64,000 bases of DNA from an uncultured Antarcticibacterium sp. (GTDB lineage Bacteria; Bacteroidota; Bacteroidia; Flavobacteriales; Flavobacteriaceae). How positions within the stretch are numbered: the stretch's first letter is position 1; each line of letters starts with the position of its first letter. The translations under genes were made by a program, and so were the position numbers. Shown here in pieces: positions 48,825 to 58,383 of the stretch. The notes beneath the pieces were generated by a model. It had not been told where the DNA came from. It did no database searches and worked only from the letters and a program-made list of their open reading frames with translations. The stretch lies in NCBI GenBank assembly GCA_964639695.1, contig CAZXEY010000001.1, forward strand, positions 3,448-67,447, given 5' to 3'.

Positions 48825-49181
48825 ATGGCAAGAGATGAACAATTAAAAGAGCGATGGAGCCTTCTGCAAAGAAAACTTTCCAATCAATTTGCAGATGGGG
48901 AATTGCTGGATCTGGATGCAATTATATACCTGGTGGGAGTCCAGGAACTGGGGCAGCCGCATAGAAAATTTAAAAAAGACCACAAGCTGGACTTAATGCA
49001 TATAGCTATTTGTAGGCTCCTGGAGCCATATGGTTATTATGAATTTGATTATTATGATGAAGAAAAATGGCCGCATTATAAGGTGCTTGAAGCGTTACCC
49101 CCTTTAAAGGCAGGAGAACAATCGGTTTTAATGAAAGAAGCTATCGTTCAATACTTCCTGGAGAGAGGATATATTAAGTAA
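48825..49181 (+). CDS. Conserved hypothetical protein
   Basis: LVGVQELG, DLMHIAICRLL; follows TATCTTTG -7 box. Confidence 0.75.
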   Translation: MARDEQLKERWSLLQRKLSNQFADGELLDLDAIIYLVGVQELGQPHRKFKKDHKLDLMHIAICRLLEPYGYYEFDYYDEEKWPHYKVLEALPPLKAGEQSVLMKEAIVQYFLERGYIK

Positions 49182-49238
49182 ACCTCCTGCGGTAAAACAA
49201 CTATTTTATTAAATTTACCTTCTTAAAGAAAAGGCCTA

Positions 49239-50258
49239 ATGATAGATACAATAAAGGAACATATACAAAAAGTTAACTCTTACAAAGCTAGTAATGCTCA
49301 GGAGCTTGAGACTTTTCGTATAGAATACCTCGGAAAAAAAGGACTTCTAAACCAGTTTTTCGCCGAATTTAAAAATGTTCCCAATGCTCAAAAAAAGGAT
49401 TTTGGTCAGGCTATAAACGAATTGAAAACCGCTGCTCAGGAAAAAGTTTCTATTTTAAAAGAGGAGCTGGAGGATAAAGTGGAGGAAAAAAGGGTCTATG
49501 GTGATCTTACCCGTCCCTCTGAACCTGTAGAAATTGGTTCCAGACATCCTATTTCCATCGTTAAAAACCAGATCATAGAAGTATTTGCCAGTATAGGATT
49601 TAATGTTTCTGAAGGACCTGAAATTGAGGATGACTGGCATAATTTTACCGCTTTAAATTTACCCGAATACCATCCGGCAAGGGATATGCAGGATACATTT
49701 TTTATCCAGACAAATCCCGATGTTCTTTTACGTACCCATACATCATCGGTACAGGTGCGGTATATGGAAGAAAATAAACCTCCAATAAGAACAATATCTC
49801 CCGGAAGAGTTTTTCGAAATGAAGCAATTTCAGCCCGGTCACACTGTATTTTTCATCAGGTTGAAGGGCTATACATAGATAAGGATGTTTCCTTTGCCGA
49901 TCTTAAACAAACTCTGCTGTACTTTACACAGCAAATGTTCGGGAAATCCAAAATAAGGTTGAGACCTTCCTATTTTCCTTTTACAGAACCAAGTGCTGAA
50001 GTAGATATTTACTGGGGACTGGAAACCGAAACCGATTACAGGATCACTAAAGGTACAGGATGGCTTGAAATAATGGGATGTGGAATGGTAGATCCCAATG
50101 TTCTTAAGAATTGCGGAATAGACCCCGCCGAATATACAGGTTTTGCTTTTGGAATGGGAATAGAGCGAATTGCTATGTTAATGTACCAAATTGGGGATAT
50201 TAGAATGTTTTATGAAAATGATGTGAGATTTTTAAAGCAGTTTAAATCATCTTTATAA
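49239..50258 (+). CDS. pheS: Phenylalanine--tRNA ligase alpha subunit
   Basis: HPARDMQDTF, LRTHTS, FPFTEPS, GFAFGMGIER. Confidence 0.98.
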   Translation: MIDTIKEHIQKVNSYKASNAQELETFRIEYLGKKGLLNQFFAEFKNVPNAQKKDFGQAINELKTAAQEKVSILKEELEDKVEEKRVYGDLTRPSEPVEIGSRHPISIVKNQIIEVFASIGFNVSEGPEIEDDWHNFTALNLPEYHPARDMQDTFFIQTNPDVLLRTHTSSVQVRYMEENKPPIRTISPGRVFRNEAISARSHCIFHQVEGLYIDKDVSFADLKQTLLYFTQQMFGKSKIRLRPSYFPFTEPSAEVDIYWGLETETDYRITKGTGWLEIMGCGMVDPNVLKNCGIDPAEYTGFAFGMGIERIAMLMYQIGDIRMFYENDVRFLKQFKSSL

Positions 50259-50305
50259 ATTAATTGCGAAGCAATAGTGCTTAACTCTAACTAAATATTT
50301 TATTT

Positions 50306-50473
50306 ATGAAAACGACGGGAATTATAATACTGGGAATTATTATTCTGATTTTAATCATCTTGCTAACCCTTGTTTTTCAAATAATAGAATTTTTTGTAGG
50401 GGCGATACTTTTTGTTGTTGCTATAATTTTCCTGGGGTATTTATATAACAAAGTGAAAAGTAAGCTAGAGTAA
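50306..50473 (+). CDS. 55-aa two-TM membrane protein (below ORF-track cutoff)
   Basis: MKTTGIIILGIIILILIILLTLVFQIIEFFVGAILFVVAIIFLGYLYNKVKSKLE*; fills the gap and stops 3 nt before the next gene. Confidence 0.7.
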   Translation: MKTTGIIILGIIILILIILLTLVFQIIEFFVGAILFVVAIIFLGYLYNKVKSKLE

Positions 50474-50476
50474 GGA

Positions 50477-50872
50477 TTGAAGAAGGATATTAAAATACCT
50501 CTAGTCAAGGGGATCTATGTAGCCGCTGTAAGGGAGGAAAATAAAGAATTTCGAAGCTGGGACTGGAATGCCTATATCATTAATGATCTTAAGGAACCCG
50601 TTGAAATGGTTCTTATCGTGAGCAGGGGGTTCTACAAAGAAAGAACAACTTCAACAATGAGACATACCATAAAAATCCTGCCTGCTAAATCCTTTGCTAA
50701 AATTGAATTCCTTCAGGATGAGGTCCTGGCAATAAACAATGAATTTTCGATAACTTTTTTTGCTGAAGGAAAAATGTTTGAAAAGAAATTTACCTTTAAA
50801 AAAAATTCAATAAAAGAGAGTAAAGCAGTTGAACTTCCGGTTATGAAAAATAAAGGGATTTTAGCAGATTAA
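50477..50872 (+). CDS. Conserved hypothetical protein
   Basis: MKKDIKIP, WNAYIIN, TSTMRH; TTG start. Confidence 0.75.
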   Translation: MKKDIKIPLVKGIYVAAVREENKEFRSWDWNAYIINDLKEPVEMVLIVSRGFYKERTTSTMRHTIKILPAKSFAKIEFLQDEVLAINNEFSITFFAEGKMFEKKFTFKKNSIKESKAVELPVMKNKGILAD

Positions 50873-50889
50873 TTTTGAAAAACCCAGAA

Positions 50890-51885
50890 CTAATCCAGTT
50901 TTTCAGCTAATTTCTTAAAGACCTTTTTCGGATTTTTACCTTCGTAAAGAATGCTGTAAACGGCATTAATAATAGGTGTTTTAGCTCCTTTTTCCTGGTT
51001 TATTTTATATGCACTTTCCGTAGCATAATAACCTTCCGCAACCATGCTCATTTCCATTTGTGCACTTTTAACTGTATATCCTTTACCTATCATATTACCA
51101 AACATCCTGTTTCGGCTAAAAACGGAGTAACCGGTAACGAGCAAATCTCCCAAATAAGCAGAATCGTTTATATTCCTCTTCATTTTATGGACCTTCTTGA
51201 TGAATTTCTTCATCTCTCTTATGGCGTTGCTCATAAGAACGCTTTGAAAGTTATCGCCATAACCAAGACCATGTGCAATTCCCGCAGCAATGGCATAAAT
51301 ATTTTTCAACATCGCAGCATACTCTGTTCCTGTTACATCATCGCTGGTTTTACATGTGATATAATCACTTTGTAAATAACCAGCCATTATTTTGGCCTTT
51401 TCTTCATCCTGGCAGGCGATGGTTAAGTAGGAAAGTCTTTCCAGCGCAACTTCTTCAGCATGGCACGGCCCTGTTATAACGCCAAAATTTTCATCTGCTA
51501 CATCGTATTCCTGGTTAAAATGCTCACCAACGATAAGGCTGCTTTCAGGAACAATTCCTTTTATGGCAGAAAAAATTACCTTATCTGATAGCGGAAGTTT
51601 TAAATGGTCCAGTTCCCTTTTTACAAATGCCGATGGAATAGCAAAAATCAGATAATCAGATGCTGCAACAACCTCGTTTATATCGCTGCTAAGGTGAAGC
51701 CTTGTAACATCAAATTCGACAGAGCTTAAATAATTGGGATTGTGATCCTGCGTTTTTATATGATGGATCGCAGTTTTACTGCGCATATACCAGTTTATTT
51801 CTTCAAGATTTTCACTCAACATTTTTACAATTGCCGTGGCCCAGCTTCCACCACCTATAACGCCAAATTTAGGAGTATCCTTCAT
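50890..51885 (-). CDS. gpsA: NAD(P)H-dependent glycerol-3-phosphate dehydrogenase
   Basis: GGGSWATA, GPCHAEEV, LKNIYAIA, GDLLVT, SRN. Confidence 0.95.
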   Translation of the reverse strand: MKDTPKFGVIGGGSWATAIVKMLSENLEEINWYMRSKTAIHHIKTQDHNPNYLSSVEFDVTRLHLSSDINEVVAASDYLIFAIPSAFVKRELDHLKLPLSDKVIFSAIKGIVPESSLIVGEHFNQEYDVADENFGVITGPCHAEEVALERLSYLTIACQDEEKAKIMAGYLQSDYITCKTSDDVTGTEYAAMLKNIYAIAAGIAHGLGYGDNFQSVLMSNAIREMKKFIKKVHKMKRNINDSAYLGDLLVTGYSVFSRNRMFGNMIGKGYTVKSAQMEMSMVAEGYYATESAYKINQEKGAKTPIINAVYSILYEGKNPKKVFKKLAEKLD

Positions 51886-51969
51886 AGTATATTCGTTCTG
51901 CTCAAAAGTACATAAATTTTGCAGGAACGAAAAGATTCGGCTTTTTATGAAAACCGAACAATGAAATAT

Positions 51970-52027
51970 ATATTCCTGCGTTTAATTATTGTAAGAATAT
52001 ATTCCTGCGTTTAATTATTGTAAGAAT
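51970..52027. repeat. Perfect 29-bp tandem duplication
   Basis: ATATTCCTGCGTTTAATTATTGTAAGAAT x2. Confidence 0.95.
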
Positions 52028-52082
52028 GGTAATTAATTCTAATTATTATTTTTCATTTAGTTTTTTGGTTGGTTATTTAGTG

Positions 52083-52122
52083 AAAACAGCGGCAGGTAAT
52101 TCGTTACATGTCGCTGTTTTTT
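52083..52122 (+). terminator. Orphan terminator-like hairpin with UUCG loop
   Basis: AAAACAGCGGCA-G-GTAA-TTCG-TTAC-A-TGTCGCTGTTTTTT between divergent genes. Confidence 0.65.
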
Positions 52123-52213
52123 CTTGGATTAGAATTGAATAACAAAATTTTAATATTCATTTTCAATGTGATATAGAAGGTATTTTGTATTTTAGGAAAA
52201 CAAATAAGAAATA

Positions 52214-52717
52214 ATGGGATTATTCAACTTTATTAAAAATGCCGGCGCCAAAGTCTTTGGAATAGGAAAAGAAACAAAACAAGAGACTGCTAAAGTTGCC
52301 GAAGAAAAGGATAATAAAGTAAAGGAAGAAAATAGAAAAGCTGCCCGTAAGCTGGAAGAAACAGTACACGACCTCAACCTTCAGATTAAAGATCTTAAGA
52401 TTGAAATTGAAGGCGATATGGCGACAATTTGGGGAAAGCCTAAAGACCAGTCTACCCGTGAAAAAATTATTTTAGTGGTGGGAAATGTTGAAGGGATTGC
52501 ACAGGTAGACGACAATATGGAATGTGAAAATAGGGAGCCAGAAGCAGTTTTTCATACAGTCGAAACGGGTGATACTTTAAGTAAAATTGCAAAAGAGCAT
52601 TACGGTGCTGCAAATAGATATCAGGAAATATTTGAGGCTAACAAGCCTATGCTAAAAGATCCCGATAAAATATATCCAGGGCAGGTTTTAAGGATTCCTC
52701 CCAACAAAAAAGAATAA
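52214..52717 (+). CDS. BON + LysM protein (Kbp/YgaU-like)
   Basis: MGLFNFIKNAG, VGNVEGIAQVD, LysM GDTLSKIAK...IYPGQVLRIP. Confidence 0.92.
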   Translation: MGLFNFIKNAGAKVFGIGKETKQETAKVAEEKDNKVKEENRKAARKLEETVHDLNLQIKDLKIEIEGDMATIWGKPKDQSTREKIILVVGNVEGIAQVDDNMECENREPEAVFHTVETGDTLSKIAKEHYGAANRYQEIFEANKPMLKDPDKIYPGQVLRIPPNKKE

Positions 52718-52720
52718 CAG

Positions 52721-52846
52721 GAAACTGTTTAAGATTTATTAGAAGGCTAAATTGAGCGCAGTCGAAGTGCAAGGTTAAAGTTCCACAATGAAAAAAGTAG
52801 GTTCATTTAATCCAACAGAGCTAACAAGTATTTTTTGAACAGTTTC
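52721..52846. mobile_element. 126-bp MITE-like element
   Basis: Termini GAAACTGTTTAA / TTGAACAGTTTC (11/12 inverted); no ORF. Confidence 0.45.
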
Positions 52847-52858
52847 TTTTTAAGATAC

Positions 52859-52884
52859 AAATCCACCTGCAAGGGTGGATTTTG
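52859..52884. terminator. Bidirectional terminator between the LysM gene and nadD
   Basis: AAATCCACC-TGCAAG-GGTGGATTTT. Confidence 0.75.
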
Positions 52885-52895
52885 ATTTAAAATAG

Positions 52896-53480
52896 TTATC
52901 TGTAAAAATTCATTCTGTCAATATATTCCCAGATAGCAGGAGGGAACATGGTAGTAACATTTTTTCCTTCTTTTATAGCTTTTCGCACAAAAGTAGATGA
53001 AATTTCTACTATGGGAGCCTCAACACGTTTTATTTTTGGATGATCTTTAAATGGTGAGGGGACATCACCTTCCGAAATTCTTGGATACACATATATGGAA
53101 TGTCGTTCCAAAATCACTTCAAAATTTTTCCATTTATGAAAACTCTTCAGGTTATCATCTCCCATTATTAAAGAAAAAGTATTGGAGGGATAATCCTCTT
53201 CAAGCTTCACCAGGGTTACAGAAGTATAATTTGGTTGAGGCAATTTAAACTCCACATCACTTGGTTTTAATTTTGGGTAATTTTCGCAAGCGATATATAC
53301 CATCTCAAGCCTGTGATGGTTTTCAAGCAATGTGCTTTTTTTCTTAAATGGGTTATGAGGCGTAACTACCATCCATACTTCATCAAGATCAGAAAACTCG
53401 ACCATATAATTGGCAATTATCATATGGCCAATATGAATGGGATTAAAGGTCCCAAAATAAAGACCTACCTTCTTTTTCAT
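52896..53480 (-). CDS. nadD: Nicotinate-nucleotide adenylyltransferase
   Basis: GTFNPIHIGH, ISSTFVR. Confidence 0.96.
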   Translation of the reverse strand: MKKKVGLYFGTFNPIHIGHMIIANYMVEFSDLDEVWMVVTPHNPFKKKSTLLENHHRLEMVYIACENYPKLKPSDVEFKLPQPNYTSVTLVKLEEDYPSNTFSLIMGDDNLKSFHKWKNFEVILERHSIYVYPRISEGDVPSPFKDHPKIKRVEAPIVEISSTFVRKAIKEGKNVTTMFPPAIWEYIDRMNFYR

Positions 53481-53486
53481 TTTTTT

Positions 53487-54059
53487 TTAAGCTTGTACAA
53501 AAGTTGAGACCAGTTGATATGCTTCTTTTAAAGCTTTTTCAAGATTATTATTTTCAATAATAAAATCAAATTGTGGGGCAGTGGCGAGCTCAATCGATGC
53601 TTTTGCCACCCGCATATTAATTTTATCGTCAGATTCTGTTTTGCGCTTTTTAAGCCTGATCTTTAATTCCTCTATGCTGGGAGGTTTTACAAAAACGGCA
53701 AGAGTTTGATCTGGATATATATTTTTAATATCCAAACCACCTACAACGTCTATATCGAAGATCACATTTTTACCGGAAGCCCAAATTCTTTCAATTTCGG
53801 CTTTTAATGTCCCGTAAAAGTTATCCCTGTAAACCTCTTCCCACTCAAGAAACTCCTCATTCTTAATTTTTCTTTTGAACTCTTCAAGAGAAAGAAAATA
53901 ATAATCTTTTCCTTCAGTTTCTTCCGGCCTTGGAGGACGTGAAGTGGCTGAAATAGAAAAGTCCAGCTTTAGCTCAGGTTGAGCAAGAAGATATCTCACT
54001 ATGGTAGTTTTACCAGATCCTGAAGGAGCTGAAAATACGATTAGTTTACCCGTATTCAT
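53487..54059 (-). CDS. gmk: Guanylate kinase
   Basis: APSGSGKTT, SATSRPPR, YGT. Confidence 0.96.
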   Translation of the reverse strand: MNTGKLIVFSAPSGSGKTTIVRYLLAQPELKLDFSISATSRPPRPEETEGKDYYFLSLEEFKRKIKNEEFLEWEEVYRDNFYGTLKAEIERIWASGKNVIFDIDVVGGLDIKNIYPDQTLAVFVKPPSIEELKIRLKKRKTESDDKINMRVAKASIELATAPQFDFIIENNNLEKALKEAYQLVSTFVQA

Positions 54060-54060
54060 T

Positions 54061-54918
54061 TTAAAGTACGTTTAGAAGTTGCTCCTTAATCTTTTCAAGT
54101 TCATCCTTCATCTGCACTACAAGTTGTTGCATAGGGGCGTAATTGGATTTGCTGCCTATGGTATTAATTTCTCTCCCCATCTCCTGGGATATAAAGGCTA
54201 ATTTTCTTCCGTTGGAATCTTCAGAATTAATCGTTTCCTTGAAATAGGAGAGGTGGTTGTTTAACCTCACCTTCTCCTCGGTTATATCAAACTTTTCGAT
54301 ATAAAAGATCAATTCCTGCTCAAACCGGTTTTCATCAACATTCTCCTTGAGATCTGCAACTCCCTTTCTTAACCTCTCTCTAACTCCTTCAATTCTATCA
54401 GGATCCATTTTTATAATGGCTTCTAAGAGATTTTCTATATTCTGAACTCTAAATTTAAGATCCTTCTCTAGTGCTTTTCCTTCATCTGTTCTAAAAGCAT
54501 TTATTTCCTCTAAAGCAGTTTTAACAGCTTTTTCAATGGAAGCAAATTCAGTTTCGTCAATTTCTTCCCGCTCAGTTTTAAGAGCATCGGGCATTCTAAC
54601 TGCCATTTTTAATAGCTCTGTTTCGTCCCCGTCAGTAATTTCCTTTAACTGCCTCATGTAATTCTTAACAACTGCAGGGTTTATTGCCGATGTGGTCTCT
54701 TCTCCTGTTACTTCTACATATAAAGAAAAATCTACTTTTCCTCTGGTAAGTGAGTTGGCGATAAGGTTTCTAAGTGCTAATTCCTTCTCACGATACTGCC
54801 CGGGAATTCGTGCGTTTAGATCCAGGCTTTTACTGTTTAAGGATTTTATTTCGACTATAATTTTCTTCGAAGGAAGTTGTACCAGGTTTTTTCCAAAGCC
54901 CGTCATTGACTGAATCAT
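54061..54918 (-). CDS. YicC/YloC family endoribonuclease
   Basis: MIQSMTGFG, DITEE..RL..H, GRKL, REINTIGSK. Confidence 0.93.
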   Translation of the reverse strand: MIQSMTGFGKNLVQLPSKKIIVEIKSLNSKSLDLNARIPGQYREKELALRNLIANSLTRGKVDFSLYVEVTGEETTSAINPAVVKNYMRQLKEITDGDETELLKMAVRMPDALKTEREEIDETEFASIEKAVKTALEEINAFRTDEGKALEKDLKFRVQNIENLLEAIIKMDPDRIEGVRERLRKGVADLKENVDENRFEQELIFYIEKFDITEEKVRLNNHLSYFKETINSEDSNGRKLAFISQEMGREINTIGSKSNYAPMQQLVVQMKDELEKIKEQLLNVL

Positions 54919-55027
54919 GCCTCATTTTTATTTGGTTGCCCAAAGATAATCAAAATACTATAACCCAATCCCGGGAGGTAAAGCCTCCAGAAATCCTTGT
55001 TCAAAGATCCTATTAATTGAGTTATGG

Positions 55028-55864
55028 TTAGGCTAATTTTGTAAGATTGGCATGTCTGGCTACCATAATGTTAAAAATGCCATATCCTATTAAACCCAGG
55101 GCAACTGCTGCAAGTAAAATCGTTCCGTAGTTGAAGGTTAGCAGGTATTGTAAAGCGCCTTCGGTGCCTTTGTAAGCGTTAGCGCTGTGCTCCAAACTTA
55201 CCTGAACTATAAAAAAGGAAATTATCCCAAATACAATCCCCCGTGCCGTGTATCCAAATCTTCCGGTTTTTCTTATAAAATTATATTCATTTTTTATGGA
55301 AGGGTAATTATCTATTTTTTTCATAAAGGAAGCTTTGTAAGCCAAATAGAATTGCTGAATCGCCTGGCCGGCCACCAATGCTGCCAAAATCCAGATTAAT
55401 ATTCTTCCCCAATCATGTGAAAGAAGCTCCCATAGAGCTGCTTTTTCTTCTCCATTAGAATCTTTTTCTTTCATTGGGGAACTACTTCCCTGTAAGGAAT
55501 CAAAAAAGGGTTTAGCAAATGAAAAGGCGATAACACCATAGAAAATTCCTGAATACAAATATCTAATTCTTTTAAAACCTGTTTTTACATTTTCTTCTTT
55601 AGAATAAGAGCCGGGTAAAAATACCGCCTGGTAAAACCTCCATAGGGAATAGGCCAGTAATCCCAATGAAACAATGCCAATTAAGATCCTGCCTAATGGA
55701 AGACCTACAAGAAATTCAATTACATTTTCACTGCTGGAAATTTCTCCGCCTAATCCAAAAGCAGCCATAAAAGTCAGGGTGCCTAGAAGTACATAAACTA
55801 ATCCTTTTGTAAAAAATCCTGCAGAGCGAATTTTTGCTATTTTACCAGTATCTTTTTGGTCCAT
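55028..55864 (-). CDS. DUF1206 membrane protein
   Basis: Repeated G..(T/A)(K/R)G.V helices; GTEGAL. Confidence 0.8.
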   Translation of the reverse strand: MDQKDTGKIAKIRSAGFFTKGLVYVLLGTLTFMAAFGLGGEISSSENVIEFLVGLPLGRILIGIVSLGLLAYSLWRFYQAVFLPGSYSKEENVKTGFKRIRYLYSGIFYGVIAFSFAKPFFDSLQGSSSPMKEKDSNGEEKAALWELLSHDWGRILIWILAALVAGQAIQQFYLAYKASFMKKIDNYPSIKNEYNFIRKTGRFGYTARGIVFGIISFFIVQVSLEHSANAYKGTEGALQYLLTFNYGTILLAAVALGLIGYGIFNIMVARHANLTKLA

Positions 55865-55948
55865 TGTGAGGAGGAGAATTAACCGTTTCAGCGATAGGTC
55901 AATTTACGCTTTAAGAAAAATTCCAGAGAGAGATTAACAGATAATTAA

Positions 55949-56914
55949 TTAAATGTTTTTCTGAATAAATTCAAAAGCTCTTTCTTCAGAATAGGTTTCT
56001 TCGTTCTTTTGAAGAAATCCCACGTGCCCGCCATATGCGGGTGTTTCTAAGAAAATATTTTCACTTTTCCGGGCAATTTCTACGGGTGATGAATTCTTAG
56101 AGAGAAATTCATCATTTTTTGCGTTGATAATTAGGATGGGAATCTTAATGTCTGGAAGAAATTGCAAAGAGCTGTTCTTTTCGTAATAATCCAGGGCACT
56201 TTTAAATCCGTGGGCCTTCCCGGTATAAAGTTCGTCTATGTCATAAAGACTTTTGCAGGCTGCAATTTGTTCCTCTTTTAATTTATCAGGAAACTTTTTT
56301 GTTCTCTGGTAAAGTTGCTTCTTCAGCTTTTTTACAAATCTTTGGGAGTATAGCCAATTCTTTGGTTCTTCCAGCTTTTTCAAAGACTGATGAAGATCAC
56401 AGGGAGTAGAAATTGCAACGGCAGCTTTAACTTCCGCAGGAATTCTTCGGCCTTCTCCCAGATACTTCAGCATTAAATTACCTCCCAGGCTAAATCCCAC
56501 CAAGGCAATTTCTTTATATTTATTCTTCTTCAAAATAAAGGAAATTACCTCATCAAGATCTTCAGTTGCACCTGCATTGTAAGAACGATACAGGTTGTTG
56601 AGTTCCCCACTGCAACTTCTCAAATTCATTGAAGCCACATCCCAGCCATTATCAATAAATTTACGGGCCATTCCCAGAATGTACGGTCTTTGAGCATTTC
56701 CCTCCAGCCCGTGAAGGGTGATCAAAACTTTCTTTGAACCCGGTGTTTTGGAATAACTCCAGTCAAGATCGAGAAAATCCCCGTCTTTAAGATCCAGTCT
56801 CTCCCGTTCCTGTTCTATCCCCTCCACCTTTCTAAGCATGGAAGCATATATTGTGGAAAAATGGTAGTTCTTAAATAAGAATTGTGGAGTATAACTATTC
56901 TCTACTATAGGCAT
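55949..56914 (-). CDS. YheT-family alpha/beta hydrolase
   Basis: DGDFLDLDW, HGLEG, GFSLGG, GGHVGF. Confidence 0.9.
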   Translation of the reverse strand: MPIVENSYTPQFLFKNYHFSTIYASMLRKVEGIEQERERLDLKDGDFLDLDWSYSKTPGSKKVLITLHGLEGNAQRPYILGMARKFIDNGWDVASMNLRSCSGELNNLYRSYNAGATEDLDEVISFILKKNKYKEIALVGFSLGGNLMLKYLGEGRRIPAEVKAAVAISTPCDLHQSLKKLEEPKNWLYSQRFVKKLKKQLYQRTKKFPDKLKEEQIAACKSLYDIDELYTGKAHGFKSALDYYEKNSSLQFLPDIKIPILIINAKNDEFLSKNSSPVEIARKSENIFLETPAYGGHVGFLQKNEETYSEERAFEFIQKNI

Positions 56915-56964
56915 TTTTAAAATTCTAATTAAATATAATTTAATAACTCTTTCACATCAAAACA

Positions 56965-56980
56965 ATTATGCGCGCATAAT
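56965..56980. promoter_or_regulatory. Perfect 16-bp palindrome in a divergent promoter region
   Basis: ATTATGCGCGCATAAT. Confidence 0.5.
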
Positions 56981-57011
56981 ATTTTTGTAATTTTAGCAAA
57001 AACTAATTTGA

Positions 57012-57500
57012 ATGTTTACAAGAGAATTTGATATTAGATGGAGCGATCTTGATGCTAACAGACATCTCGCCAATACTGCCTACATTAATTTTATGAGCCA
57101 TACAAGGATGAGCTTCTTTATGGAAAGTGGGTTTGGACAAAAAGAATTGGCCTCCTATAATATTGGCCCCGTCGTTTTTTATGAGCATATCTATTACTTT
57201 AAGGAAGTATTTGCAGGTAAGCCCGTTAAGGTATCGCTGGAGTTAAAAGGTCTTTCTGAAGATGGAATGTATTTTGAATTTATTCATAATTTTTATGATG
57301 CCAAAGGTAAAAATTTCGCAAGTTGTGAGGTAATGGGAGGATGGATTGACCTTGGAGAACGCAAGTTAATCGGGCTTCCTTCCCAACTATACGATAAATT
57401 GCAGGAGTTGACCCATACTCACGATTACAGGATCCTTACGAAAGAGGACACCCGCAGGTTTAATAAAAAACCTCAGGACATTACGCCCGATTCTCTTTAG
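57012..57500 (+). CDS. Acyl-CoA thioesterase (4HBT/YbgC-like)
   Basis: RWSDLDANRHLAN..Y. Confidence 0.88.
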   Translation: MFTREFDIRWSDLDANRHLANTAYINFMSHTRMSFFMESGFGQKELASYNIGPVVFYEHIYYFKEVFAGKPVKVSLELKGLSEDGMYFEFIHNFYDAKGKNFASCEVMGGWIDLGERKLIGLPSQLYDKLQELTHTHDYRILTKEDTRRFNKKPQDITPDSL

Positions 57501-58383
57501 GAGAAGGTTTTCTGGTAACCATATAAACTCCGGTAAAAACTAAGATTGCAGCCATTATTTTTATAGTATCAAGAGAATCTGCTCCGGTACTAATAGCATA
57601 AATAATGGCAATAAGGGGTTGAATATATATAAAAGCACTTATGGTAGAGGCGCTCAATTCTTTTAGTGCGAAAATATTGAAAAGATAAGTTAGGAAAGTG
57701 GTTCCTACTACCACGAATATCATTCTCCATACAGCTTCAAAAGGTAAAGTGCTCCATTCAACCCGGGAAAATTCAGAATATCCAATAGGAAAGTTAATTA
57801 CAACTGCAAAAAGGAACAGCCACTTCATCAAAGTAAAAGGATGATATTTTGCGGTTAAAGGTTTTACAAGAATAAGATAAAGTCCATAAGAAAGGGCAGT
57901 GATCATAAATAACAAATTGCCAAGCGGAACATTTGGAGCATATTCAGATTGATTGCTGCTAAAAAGAACCAGGGTTAACGCCCCTGCAAGACCTGTAATA
58001 ATTCCCAGGGTTTTGATTAAAGTAATACGTTCTTTAATAAGTATGGCGGCCAAAACCAGGACCAGTATGGGAGAAACTGTTATAATAACAGAGCTGTTAA
58101 TGGGTGTGGATAGACTAAGTCCCTTAAAGAACATAAGCATATTAATAACCATTCCAAAAATGGTACAGCCAAGGATCCTTGACCAGTCTGAAGTCGCGAT
58201 TTTTTCCCTGGGTCCCAGTAAACTAATTGCCCAAAATAAAGCGGCGGCTCCACTTACCCGCAGGAGTATAAAACCATAAGGCTGTATGTAATTTGGCATT
58301 AAACCTTTTGCCAGAGTATGGTTGATGCCGTAAATAGTAGCGGCACCGGTTGCTGCCATGATGGCAAGCATCCTGTTATTCAT
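57481..58383 (-). CDS. DMT/EamA transporter
   Basis: About ten TM helices in two EamA repeats, LIKERIT. Confidence 0.9.
   Translation of the reverse strand: MNNRMLAIMAATGAATIYGINHTLAKGLMPNYIQPYGFILLRVSGAAALFWAISLLGPREKIATSDWSRILGCTIFGMVINMLMFFKGLSLSTPINSSVIITVSPILVLVLAAILIKERITLIKTLGIITGLAGALTLVLFSSNQSEYAPNVPLGNLLFMITALSYGLYLILVKPLTAKYHPFTLMKWLFLFAVVINFPIGYSEFSRVEWSTLPFEAVWRMIFVVVGTTFLTYLFNIFALKELSASTISAFIYIQPLIAIIYAISTGADSLDTIKIMAAILVFTGVYMVTRKPSPKENRA

Noticed and set aside
51970-52027. CRISPR array suggested by the 29-bp repeat
   Set aside because: Only two adjacent copies, no spacer and no cas genes.
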